Shown: positions 51,991 through 60,741 of the stretch, piece by piece
Position numbering within the stretch: the stretch's first letter is position 1
Layout: each line of letters begins with the position of its first letter
Made by a program: the position numbers and the translations under genes
Assembly (NCBI GenBank): GCA_050952625.1
Contig: JBMNLH010000001.1
Coordinates: 1,632,001 to 1,696,000, forward strand
Direction: 5' to 3'
DNA: 64,000 nt
DNA from: Bacillota bacterium
Lineage (GTDB): Bacteria > Bacillota > Ch66 > Ch109
Notes under the pieces: generated by a model
The model's database searches: none
What the model was told of the DNA's origin: nothing
The model's input: only the letters and a program-made list of their open reading frames with translations

Positions 51991-53162
51991 GATATTTTCT
52001 CCAGTGCCAAAGTTCGGATAGCCGATGCTACTTCTAACATATCCTGCTCGGTATTGAAAATACCTACGCTTATTCGAACAGAACCTTTGGGCATGCCCAT
52101 TGCCGTATGAATCATCGGTGCACAGTGCAATCCGGTCCGGCATATAATACCAAACGAATCTCGCAAGATATCACTAACATCATTTGGTATCCAGTTAATT
52201 AAATTACAACACAATACTCCCGCTAAATAATCCTCCTTAAGGGGAGGATAGCAAATAAAATAAGGTATCCCTTTCAAGTTTTCCAGAAGAAATTTAATTA
52301 ATCGATGTTTATGGGCGGCAATGTGCTCAACACCCTTTTCCAGTACAAAGTTTAATCCCGCAGCCAAACCGGCAAATCCCGGCAGATTCATCGTACCCGC
52401 TTCATAGTAGATGGGCAATTGCCTGGGCTGAGTCAGACTTTCACTCTTAAATCCGGTCCCCCCCTGAATGAGCGGTGTAAAGTTCTCAAAATCAAACCCT
52501 TCACCAACATATAAAGCCCCTGTCCCGGCTGGTCCCATAAGTCCTTTATGCCCGGCAAAGGCTATTAATGACTTCATCGGTAATTCGCCAACATCTATAG
52601 TTACTGTACCGGCTGCTTGAGCAGCATCTACAATTAAGCTTAGCTGACGCTCTCGACAAATTTCAGCAATACTAGTTAAATCCGGCATTACTCCATTAAC
52701 ATTTGAGCAGGCGGTTAAAGCGATAATCCGGGTATTGGGTTTAATAAATTTAGGATACCGATCAGGAGATAGAGCATCTTCGTAAGGTAAATAGGTTACT
52801 TCAATATGTCCCTGACGCCGCAGATGTTCTAATGGCCTAAGCATTGAGTTATGCTCAAGCACTGTTGTAATCACATGTATGGGTTTCTGCTCGTTCCAGC
52901 AACATCCGTAAATAGCTAAATTCAAAGAATACGTTGCTCCAGGGGTTAAGATTATCCGGTTAGTCTCTCGCGCTCTGATTAAGAGGGCTAAATTCTGACG
53001 ACAAAGTTTAAGTACGTCTATATCACCACCTAGGCCGCGCCCCGGGTCAAAGGGCACGGCCTTTAGCAATCGGTTAACTTCTTGGATAACACAATCTGGT
53101 TTGGGAAAAGTCGTCGCTGCGTTATTCACATAAATGACTTTTTTGGCATGTTCAAAACCCAT
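51987..53162 (-). CDS. Class V aminotransferase, cysteine desulfurase/selenocysteine lyase-like
   Basis: NNAATT, EHNS, DAAQ, GHKGLMGP (PLP Lys), RTGLHCAP (catalytic Cys). Confidence 0.85.
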   Translation of the reverse strand: MGFEHAKKVIYVNNAATTFPKPDCVIQEVNRLLKAVPFDPGRGLGGDIDVLKLCRQNLALLIRARETNRIILTPGATYSLNLAIYGCCWNEQKPIHVITTVLEHNSMLRPLEHLRRQGHIEVTYLPYEDALSPDRYPKFIKPNTRIIALTACSNVNGVMPDLTSIAEICRERQLSLIVDAAQAAGTVTIDVGELPMKSLIAFAGHKGLMGPAGTGALYVGEGFDFENFTPLIQGGTGFKSESLTQPRQLPIYYEAGTMNLPGFAGLAAGLNFVLEKGVEHIAAHKHRLIKFLLENLKGIPYFICYPPLKEDYLAGVLCCNLINWIPNDVSDILRDSFGIICRTGLHCAPMIHTAMGMPKGSVRISVGIFNTEQDMLEVASAIRTLALEKIS

Positions 53163-53196
53163 CCTAACCCACCATTTATACCTACACTCAATAACC

Positions 53197-53316
53197 TATA
53201 GCACATATGTTCTGGATTATAGCACAATTATAGCACATATGTTCTGGAAAATTAGAAAACGGGCGATTCATCCCCTTTCTACACCTGTGGTGTTGAGGAA
53301 GGGGACTTCTCGCCGA
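53197..53316 (-). mobile_element. IS200/IS605-type end remnant with duplicated promoter-like repeat
   Basis: Hairpin GGCGATTCATCCCCTT...AAGGGGACTTCTCGCC; TATAGCACATATGTTCTGGA at 53197-53216 and 53229-53248; TGCTATAAT twice on the minus strand. Confidence 0.55.
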
Positions 53317-53331
53317 TTTCTGTTAAATTAA

Positions 53332-53928
53332 TCAGTTATTACGGGTTATAACAAACTCTCCGTAATCATCCCCACATTCAATTCCTTTTACTTGCTCACA
53401 TTTAAAGGTCCCTAATCCATTCGGGTATGGAGCACCATATGCCAAATCCATAAATGCGGCGCTAACACCGGCAATCATGGCCGCCATCGGAATATGGCTC
53501 TTACCATACAGCACTATGTCGGCTTCGTAATAATCATAAGCCCTTAACACCATTTTTTCGTTTGGAATCAGTTCTTCAATCTCAGCTTTACCCCAGCCCC
53601 AGGCAGTAAAAACTGCAAAAGCTCCGTGCAAGATGTCTTCTGGCTCTCGCTTTACATGAGGCTTTACCACGGCCTCCCATTCATCCGAAGTAATAATCCC
53701 GTACCCGGTATGATAGCCGCATTCGTTAGCAGCATTATACAAAAGATAAAAAGCCACCTCTTGTAGCTCTTCCGGAACTGAATTTATAATCCGGTCAGCA
53801 AAATCATTCCAAAAAGCAGCCGGTAATTGGTTAACAAGAATTCCAAAAGCTTCAATTAGTCCGCTATCATTACTGGAAACACTTATTCTCGAAGTATCCT
53901 CAATAACCTGTTTTCGATTAAAGCCCAT
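53332..53928 (-). CDS. V4R (4-vinyl reductase-like) domain protein 2
   Basis: AWGWGK, AGVSAAF, EQVKGIECGDDYGEF pattern typical of the V4R fold. Confidence 0.7.
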   Translation of the reverse strand: MGFNRKQVIEDTSRISVSSNDSGLIEAFGILVNQLPAAFWNDFADRIINSVPEELQEVAFYLLYNAANECGYHTGYGIITSDEWEAVVKPHVKREPEDILHGAFAVFTAWGWGKAEIEELIPNEKMVLRAYDYYEADIVLYGKSHIPMAAMIAGVSAAFMDLAYGAPYPNGLGTFKCEQVKGIECGDDYGEFVITRNN

Positions 53929-53969
53929 AATCTCTCCCCCTAATTTACAACACTAGGAACGATCAACAA

Positions 53970-54512
53970 TTACTGCCTAACAATCTTAAATCTGGATGCG
54001 TTTGCTCCACAGACAATACTATCTACTTCAAATACTTCATAACTTTTTTCCGGGAGTTCAAAGAGAATCGAAAAAACCGCTGCCAGATACCCGCGAGTTA
54101 TATGGTTTACAGGGGTTAAATTAGTCCCGAATTTTTTAATCCATCCTTCGTCAATATGAGATCGCTTCATCTCTACATAACCGCTGGATTCTCCAGCCTT
54201 AATAATCTTAAGAGAGCCCATGCCCACATAGGCCCAATAAGCTTCAGCAATTTTAATTTTATCTTCTAATTCATTGATTCCATTTTCCACCATATATTTT
54301 TGTAAAATCTTAAAAAAAGTATGTTCTGCTGAATCTGTTAACAATTTTTTACCATCAAAAATCTCCGCGTCTTCGGCTAATCGAGTATAAAGGGCTGCAT
54401 AATGATGACAGTGCAGAACTGTTAGTTCTTTATTAAAATAGTGACGGCACCGCTGCCGGTCAAATTTGTGCGTTACTTCAAACTGGGTTTCTTTACGTAC
54501 AACCACTTTCAT
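53970..54512 (-). CDS. V4R-like domain protein 1 with HCHHY motif
   Basis: VLHCHHY, GMG, SH..EGW, PVNHITRGYLAA, E..SIVCG..S.F; start after GAAGGAG. Confidence 0.65.
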   Translation of the reverse strand: MKVVVRKETQFEVTHKFDRQRCRHYFNKELTVLHCHHYAALYTRLAEDAEIFDGKKLLTDSAEHTFFKILQKYMVENGINELEDKIKIAEAYWAYVGMGSLKIIKAGESSGYVEMKRSHIDEGWIKKFGTNLTPVNHITRGYLAAVFSILFELPEKSYEVFEVDSIVCGANASRFKIVRQ

Positions 54513-54525
54513 TCTCCTTCCTATG

Positions 54526-54720
54526 TTAGAATTCTGGTACATTTGAAGTGTTAAGCAAATCCATCAATGCTTGCTTAAACTTCTGGATATTTTCAGAGGT
54601 GTCTGGAGCAGTAGCTGCATTTTTTGAAGGTAAACCAGTTTTCATCGCTAGACGCATTTGTAAATTTAAACCGCCCTTTTCTTTTGCGTAGTCATAATAC
54701 TTCATAAGTTTTTGGCCCAA
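54526..54720 (-). CDS. Small 64-aa helical hypothetical protein, first gene of the V4R cluster
   Basis: TTG start after AGGAGG; MGQKLMKYYDYAKEKGGLNLQMRLAMKTGLPS. Confidence 0.7.
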   Translation of the reverse strand: MGQKLMKYYDYAKEKGGLNLQMRLAMKTGLPSKNAATAPDTSENIQKFKQALMDLLNTSNVPEF

Positions 54721-54914
54721 AAAAACTCCTCCTACTTTAATATGTGCAAAAACCAATCTCCTAACGTTTGTCACAATTTTATTTATTTTTATATATTTCT
54801 ACAAACAATGACTAAATTCCTGCCAAATTAAACCGGTATTGGGATATATTTATCTGAATGTCCCAGTCAAAGATGCCTAGTTTTGGCTATGACTCACGCT
54901 AACACCGGACATGC

Positions 54915-55021
54915 TTCCGCTTTAGGTCAATAGATTCTTGATAGATGTCAGTGTAGTTTTTGAATCTTTGATTAGATCGTCGCTGAAAGCCGCTATGTCA
55001 CTGCCCGTCACTTCCAGGGCG
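54915..55021 (-). pseudogene. DUF1048-like C-terminal fragment
   Basis: ALEVTGSDIAAFSDDLIKDSKT, then frameshifted TDIYQESID. Confidence 0.55.
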
Positions 55022-55109
55022 TGACAGTGGAGCAGAAGCATTTCGAAAAAGAAGTAAGGCGCTCCCACATTTGACGTGGAACGCCTTGCTTTAATTTTGT
55101 GTTTCGACT

Positions 55110-55250
55110 TTAATCCGGCCTTCAAACACTACAGTCGAAACCATTTTGCTTCAAGCTTATACCAGCCACCTTGCGGGTCAGCCTGCTTAGCACTTCCGTC
55201 TTCATTGATATCAAGGGGTGTATATCTAAATAGCCAAGTTCTGGGTGATC
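55110..55250 (-). pseudogene. Lnu(A)-like lincosamide nucleotidyltransferase fragment
   Basis: HPELGYLDIHP/DINEDGSAKQADPQGGWY..KWF/VFEGRI across two frameshifts. Confidence 0.55.
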
Positions 55251-55296
55251 AATGCTTTCTTGTAACGCAAACCAAGAGTACTCATGTTTTTCAATG

Positions 55297-57330
55297 CTAT
55301 CGAAGAATCTTAACAGTCCGTGTGTCAGCATACCAGGTGACTTCTCCACCCAGAGACTCGGAAATGAATCTGATGGGAACCATGGCGCGACCGTTTATGA
55401 TCTGAGCAGGGACATCGAGTCCGGGCCCAGTCTGACCGATTACCAGACGCAGTTCCTGGCCGTCCAGCGTAATTACCACCGTTCGGATCTCTTCCAGCCA
55501 ATCCACCTGAGCCCCAAAGGCTTCCCCAATAAAACGTATCGGCACCATGGTGCGTCCTTCAATGATCATAGGCGGAACGTCAAGGGTCTGGGGTGTATTA
55601 TTGACCAGAGCAACAGGATTATCGATGGTCATAAGAATCGTTAAAGCTACAGGCTGGCCGGGAGGCGAAGTGTTGTCGCCAGTTGATGAGGTGCCGGGCA
55701 TGGTTGAATCACCCAGCCCAGAAAGCCCGGGAGGCAGGGGGATGTTTGGATGAGTCGCGGCAAAGTATTCTGACAATGAGACGGTCCGCGAATTAGTCCC
55801 GGGCAAATCTCCAGGTAGCGGAATCGGGTCCGTATTGGTCCCGGGCAAATCTCCAGGAAGTGTTATTGACCCCGGGCGAGGACTGAGGAATTGTTTAACT
55901 GTGACGGGGATGGCAGTGCTGGAGAACTCCGACACCACTCCGGATAAAGCCGCCTTTATTTCACAATCGCCCTTATTGACAGCGGTAATGAGCCCGGTGG
56001 CATCTATCCGGGCAACATCCTCGTTGGAGCTGTAAAATTCCAGCTTGGTAAAGTCAGCCTCAGCCACAGTATTCCAAACCCAGCCGTTTATAGTCCGTTG
56101 AATAGCCACCGCAGATGTCTTAAGCTGCAAAGTGTCTCCAGGAATAAGCTGTACCGGATCTCCTGTATAAACCAGCCGGAATTGGGGGCTAAGTCTCTTT
56201 TCAGCGGCTGGACAGGCAGCTAGTTTGCTTTTTAGGGGATCTGCAAATATGTTGAGATAGTTGTTATGACAATTGATTTCTTTGATTACAGCGGGCAGAT
56301 CCGGCAGGGAAGTCAATTTGTTATTGCTGCAATCCATATACTTGATTGTATCTGGTAAATTATCAAGGCTTGATAAATCATTGTTATCGCATCTGAACCA
56401 CCATAAAGATTTCTGGGGCAAGGCGGGCAATTCAGTCAAATTGTTGCTGTAGCAAAGCAAAACACTCAAGTTGGCTGGCAAATCGGGAAGACTCGATATC
56501 TGGTTCTCTGAGCAATCAAGAGTTTCTAGCCGGGAGGGGAGCTCCGGCAAACTAAGTAGGTCATTATTATAGGCATCCAGATATTCCAGGTTAGGGGGGA
56601 GGGCAGGCAAAAACCGCAGCTTATTGCTAAAGCAGTCCAGCACAGTTAGCTTGCCCGGTAATGCCGGCAGGCTAGTCAGTTCATTGCGGTAACAGTACAA
56701 CTTCTCCAGACCGGCAGGCAAAGCAGGTAAGCTCCGCAGCTTATTCTGGCTGCAACTCAGGAAAGTCACCCTGTCCGGTAATGCCGGCAGGCTGGTCAAT
56801 TGATTGCCACTACAGGTAAGATGCTCCAGAGTGGCAGGCAAAGCTGGCAGGTTCTGCAACTGATTATATCCACAGTCTAGGACAGTCAGCCCCGCCGGCA
56901 AGGATGGCAAACTGGTGAGTTCATTTCCCCAACAGACCAGTTGTTTTAGTGTGGGAGGCAAAGCCGGCAAGCTATCCAGTTCATTATTTTGACAATACAA
57001 AACAGTCAGCCCCGCTGGCAACTCTGGCAAGCTGATAGTTTGACTGCCGTAAATGTACAACTGTTCCAAAGTGGAAGGCAGCTTGGGGCAAATGGTGACG
57101 TTGTTGTAGGCGCAGCTAAATACCTTTAACCCTTCAAAGTATTCAAGGCCAGCCAGACTGTTTATTAATTCATTCCTCCTGTAAACTTCGAATTTATAAT
57201 CCTTTTCCGGCATACGGTCTCTAATGTCCTTCGCTGTAAAGTTGCCTGGTGTGCCGCTATGGCCCAGCCATTCCCAAACAAATTGTTTAAATGCGGGGTC
57301 AGTAAATTTATCGCCAATAAATGCAGATTG
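55297..57330 (-). CDS. LRR surface protein (20-aa LPxLP repeats) + Ig-like domain + Pro/Gly/Thr linker + copper-amine-oxidase N-terminal domain; native 5' end missing
   Basis: About 14 LxxLPxLPxxLxxLxCxxN repeats; SSNEDVARID..GLITAV..G Big_2 motif; GRTMVPIRFI twice; frame stays open upstream of 57213 (DKFTDPAFKQFVW cap) with no signal peptide. Confidence 0.8.
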   Translation of the reverse strand, partial: QSAFIGDKFTDPAFKQFVWEWLGHSGTPGNFTAKDIRDRMPEKDYKFEVYRRNELINSLAGLEYFEGLKVFSCAYNNVTICPKLPSTLEQLYIYGSQTISLPELPAGLTVLYCQNNELDSLPALPPTLKQLVCWGNELTSLPSLPAGLTVLDCGYNQLQNLPALPATLEHLTCSGNQLTSLPALPDRVTFLSCSQNKLRSLPALPAGLEKLYCYRNELTSLPALPGKLTVLDCFSNKLRFLPALPPNLEYLDAYNNDLLSLPELPSRLETLDCSENQISSLPDLPANLSVLLCYSNNLTELPALPQKSLWWFRCDNNDLSSLDNLPDTIKYMDCSNNKLTSLPDLPAVIKEINCHNNYLNIFADPLKSKLAACPAAEKRLSPQFRLVYTGDPVQLIPGDTLQLKTSAVAIQRTINGWVWNTVAEADFTKLEFYSSNEDVARIDATGLITAVNKGDCEIKAALSGVVSEFSSTAIPVTVKQFLSPRPGSITLPGDLPGTNTDPIPLPGDLPGTNSRTVSLSEYFAATHPNIPLPPGLSGLGDSTMPGTSSTGDNTSPPGQPVALTILMTIDNPVALVNNTPQTLDVPPMIIEGRTMVPIRFIGEAFGAQVDWLEEIRTVVITLDGQELRLVIGQTGPGLDVPAQIINGRAMVPIRFISESLGGEVTWYADTRTVKILR

Positions 57331-57575
57331 AAGCCGAGGCGAATAAAGATATAATTGTTCCTCGGGGTGCCGCCGTATTTTATAACTGGGAAGGAACAGT
57401 GGGGGAAACTACTCAAAACTGGGGCCATGTAGGAATAGCCCTGCAAACTGGGAAATACGATGAAATAGATGTCATTAATGCTTTGGAAGGGGTGAATATT
57501 GATTCCGGAGGGTATCTGGCCTACTACACGGACATGGACTATATTGGCTGGGCTTGGGTCTTTAAGAAAAATTAA
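57321..57575 (+). pseudogene. C-terminal fragment of an NlpC/P60- or CHAP-like amidase
   Basis: PRGAAVFY..WGHVGIAL..YIGWA; region carrying the catalytic Cys is absent. Confidence 0.5.
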
Positions 57576-57604
57576 ATTTGCCGGCGGGGATTAGTATGAC
57601 ATAA

Positions 57605-57646
57605 TCCGCAGAGACAGGCCTTTGAAAATCCAACCTGTCTCTGCGG
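57605..57646. terminator. Strong hairpin (terminator or REP-like)
   Basis: CCGCAGAGACAGG / CCTGTCTCTGCGG 13-bp stem. Confidence 0.55.
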
Positions 57647-57914
57647 TCCCCCATTTTTACACTAATAAAGCTGTCTGTTTTTTGTGGGACAAAAGAACAA
57701 CCGTCTCCACATGGCTCGAGAGGACAGAATGAATGTCATTTGAATGTGTCCGTTCTCGGAAACATATCCACTGCTTTTTTGTCACTATCGGTAGACGGGA
57801 ACATATCCATTACACTCGTAAAATATAAAGGATGTTCACTACTGCTCTGTCGATTTAAATGGCTCACTCCAAACATTTATAGGCAAGTATTTTCCCAGTA
57901 TCTGAATATTGCTA

Positions 57915-59015
57915 TCAACCTTTTTCTGAACGATACTTATGCTTAAGAGCATCAGTTACTGTTTCAATAATTGAAAATTCAAAATCCCGCTTTGACATTT
58001 CTATCGAAGACAAGAACTTCTTGTTTCCTTTGAAAGACTTCCATAATAGTGTCTTATCTTTTTCATCAAAATTTATCTTAAACAAGAGATTGGAGAGAGA
58101 AACAATCAAAGATTTCTGCTTATCATCAAACTTCTTTTTACTGAAAGCTATGTATTCCTTCAGATCACCTATGTCGTATTTTGGTTGCAATCCAGTTATC
58201 GGATTAACCAACAATTGAGTAGAGGAATTCATCAGATTTACATAAGAACCCAATTCATATTGCTGTGCCTCTGTCATTAAGTTGTAGTCCAAGCCAAATG
58301 CTCTTGTTCTTTCACTTGCACAATTTAGTTTTTGGCTTTCATCTTTAATGCGGCTTATTCGCTCATTAATTTCTACAATAGCAATTTCGTATGATTTAAC
58401 ATCACGCTTGCTGATGAGGGTGAAAATCTCCTCAAGACGGTTCTGATCACTTTTCCCTTTCCATAGCAGAAACCCGCTGCCCACAAGTGCAACTCCGGCA
58501 ATCGCCCAACCGACAGGTCCGGCAAGGGCCAGGAATGCATTTCCAGCAGCCATTCCTCCACCACCGGCCGCAAGCGCACCTCCGCCCAACCAAGCTAATG
58601 CCGCGTTGGTAGCTGCCGCGCCACTCAATGTAGATATGGCTGTTCCTGTTGAAGCAATACCGAATGTTGTCGCAATTCCCATTGCGGCAGTAGGGCCAAG
58701 AGCCGCAACTGCGATTCCGGCACCTAGACCAGCAGCACCTTTTCCAGCATTTTTTGCGACGGCATTTTTGTAATCTGATTCAATCTTTTCTGCTTGCTGC
58801 TTCCAGTTCAGACGGATTTTTTTCAGTTTTTCATACTCTAATCGCTTCTCGCCTGGAACATTTCTAATTTCGTCAAAGAGTTTTTGTATGGTGTTCAATT
58901 CATCATAAAGCTGGCTTGTGAGTGTGCCCAACTCGCCAATTTTATCATTTGTTTTCTTGATAGCCGATTCTGCCTGCTCTTGGGCAAGTTTTAACCTCGA
59001 TTTTTTCTTGCTCAT
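57915..59015 (-). CDS. Coiled-coil protein with a long Gly/Ala-rich glycine-zipper hydrophobic segment
   Basis: ASTGTAISTLSGAAATNAALAWLGGGALAAGGGGMAAG flanked by coiled coils; ATGA overlap with the upstream gene. Confidence 0.75.
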   Translation of the reverse strand: MSKKKSRLKLAQEQAESAIKKTNDKIGELGTLTSQLYDELNTIQKLFDEIRNVPGEKRLEYEKLKKIRLNWKQQAEKIESDYKNAVAKNAGKGAAGLGAGIAVAALGPTAAMGIATTFGIASTGTAISTLSGAAATNAALAWLGGGALAAGGGGMAAGNAFLALAGPVGWAIAGVALVGSGFLLWKGKSDQNRLEEIFTLISKRDVKSYEIAIVEINERISRIKDESQKLNCASERTRAFGLDYNLMTEAQQYELGSYVNLMNSSTQLLVNPITGLQPKYDIGDLKEYIAFSKKKFDDKQKSLIVSLSNLLFKINFDEKDKTLLWKSFKGNKKFLSSIEMSKRDFEFSIIETVTDALKHKYRSEKG

Positions 59016-60451
59016 TGTCTGTTACCCCCAAAATATAAATCTATATCGGATTTTGTTCTGAGTATATTATTATCAGGGACCTTTCTGAGTTCTGCCAATC
59101 GGACAGATTTTTGGAATGCCTGAACATACATATCGCTATTCTTAAAGTCATCAATAAAATCTACAAGATCCTTATCATCGTATAACTCCGATAATAATGA
59201 GAGTCCGTTCAGATAGTTTTCTACGATGGTTATTTCTCTTCTTGCAAACTGAGCTTCGGACTCAGCTTTTCGTATTACAACAACCTGCTTTGCTTCGCCA
59301 TACAATGAAATCGTGAAACGGCCCACCCCCACTATGTTAAGCCGAAGGAAAAATTCAGTCACATTGAAGGTACCACCTCCGGTTATGAAAGCCCGTATGG
59401 TTGCATCGCCGAGATCCATCATGCAGAAGGTGCCGTGCGCTATTGTAAGCATTCTTTTTACGGTGGGATTTGAGAATGGCTCACAAGCTATCCACATAGC
59501 GGATGCCGAACGTTCTTCTTTCCCTGTTGTTACGAAGTATTTTACCAATCGCCTTATCGCATATACCAACCTGACAATGATTTCATTGATAAAGACTGGA
59601 ATGACTTGGGTGGCTTGAAAGCGGATATCGTATCCTTCTTTGTATATGCTCAGAGCCAACTCATTTATTGTGTTGTCAAACTGTGAAGCGGGAATGTTCA
59701 GTTTTCTCTTTATTGCAATAATATCATTCGTCCATGCCCAAAACGGAGAAGGTATTCCCATACCTCGACCTTTACTGCTGGATGATCCAGATATATCGGA
59801 AATCAAATGGCCAAACCAGTTGACGAACCCACAAAATAATTTTTCTGGAACATTACTGCCGCGAAGTTCAAATTTTCCATCAGCATTCTGTAAAGATATC
59901 AGTTCTCCACCGGAAACAAAGTGCGATTGATTTGTAAACTGATCTAATATCGAAAAAAACAAACCAAGCAAAGTCGGATTATGGCCAAGTGATTTGAAAT
60001 GATGATTTGAAGGATTCAAGTCAAATACTATACTCCCAGCATCACCGGCTCCGCGCTGGTCATATGGAATTTTAAATTTCTTCTCAAGAAAGCCAATTGC
60101 TGATGACAGTGAATCATTTCCTTTGCCTTCCCATCCGCAAAGTTTAGCGAAATCAGTTGTCCGATTTACAAACCACTTATCAGTAACATCTCCAGCCGGT
60201 GACTCTCCAGGTTTTCCAACCAGGAAAATATCAATGATGCCACAGAGAACTCCTGAACTTGCAGCCAACGCATAATCCAACTTATCACAGTTCGGTCTGA
60301 GACTCTCAACTGACATGATTGTCTCTTTCAGACTCTGAATTTCAGTTTCCGCAGATATTAATGCTGTTTCGATGGAAGATGAAAAGCTAAACCCATCGTC
60401 AGCAACACTCATTCTAAGAACGAATCGGTCTGTTCCTTCTGCTTGATTCAT
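59012..60451 (-). CDS. Hypothetical protein with hydrophobic helices
   Basis: 479-aa ORF with AGGGAGGG RBS; DY..A..SG, KIPYD, HHFKSLGHNP..LGL, GHL.SD..G..G.P motifs. Confidence 0.75.
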   Translation of the reverse strand: MNQAEGTDRFVLRMSVADDGFSFSSSIETALISAETEIQSLKETIMSVESLRPNCDKLDYALAASSGVLCGIIDIFLVGKPGESPAGDVTDKWFVNRTTDFAKLCGWEGKGNDSLSSAIGFLEKKFKIPYDQRGAGDAGSIVFDLNPSNHHFKSLGHNPTLLGLFFSILDQFTNQSHFVSGGELISLQNADGKFELRGSNVPEKLFCGFVNWFGHLISDISGSSSSKGRGMGIPSPFWAWTNDIIAIKRKLNIPASQFDNTINELALSIYKEGYDIRFQATQVIPVFINEIIVRLVYAIRRLVKYFVTTGKEERSASAMWIACEPFSNPTVKRMLTIAHGTFCMMDLGDATIRAFITGGGTFNVTEFFLRLNIVGVGRFTISLYGEAKQVVVIRKAESEAQFARREITIVENYLNGLSLLSELYDDKDLVDFIDDFKNSDMYVQAFQKSVRLAELRKVPDNNILRTKSDIDLYFGGNRQ

Positions 60452-60741
60452 GCTTTTATACTCCCTCCCTTTTTTTAGTTTGCGTTATATCCGAATATCT
60501 GGTTGAATCTTATTTTTAGGTTATCAATCTCCTTGAGGGTAAAGCCGAGAAAGTCAATAGACCCGACATTTTAAATCACTTTTCATTTTTCCAATTACGG
60601 TTTCTGCTTCTTTATTCAATTGTCATCACATTGTAAATGTAAGAATATGTAGTTTGATTTTCATTTCAGCATAACAACACATCTACGTTTTTTTGCCGAA
60701 TTTTCCTTTTTCAAAGGAATAGTACATAATCAGTATTTCTT

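Noticed and set aside
56270-57130. 60-bp periodic repeats as a CRISPR or DGR-like array
   Set aside because: Fully explained by in-frame LRR coding repeats; no reverse transcriptase is present
60490-60560. Possible GIY-YIG protein N-terminal scar (DFLGFTLKEIDNLKIRFNQ on the minus strand)
   Set aside because: Too short to assign without a search
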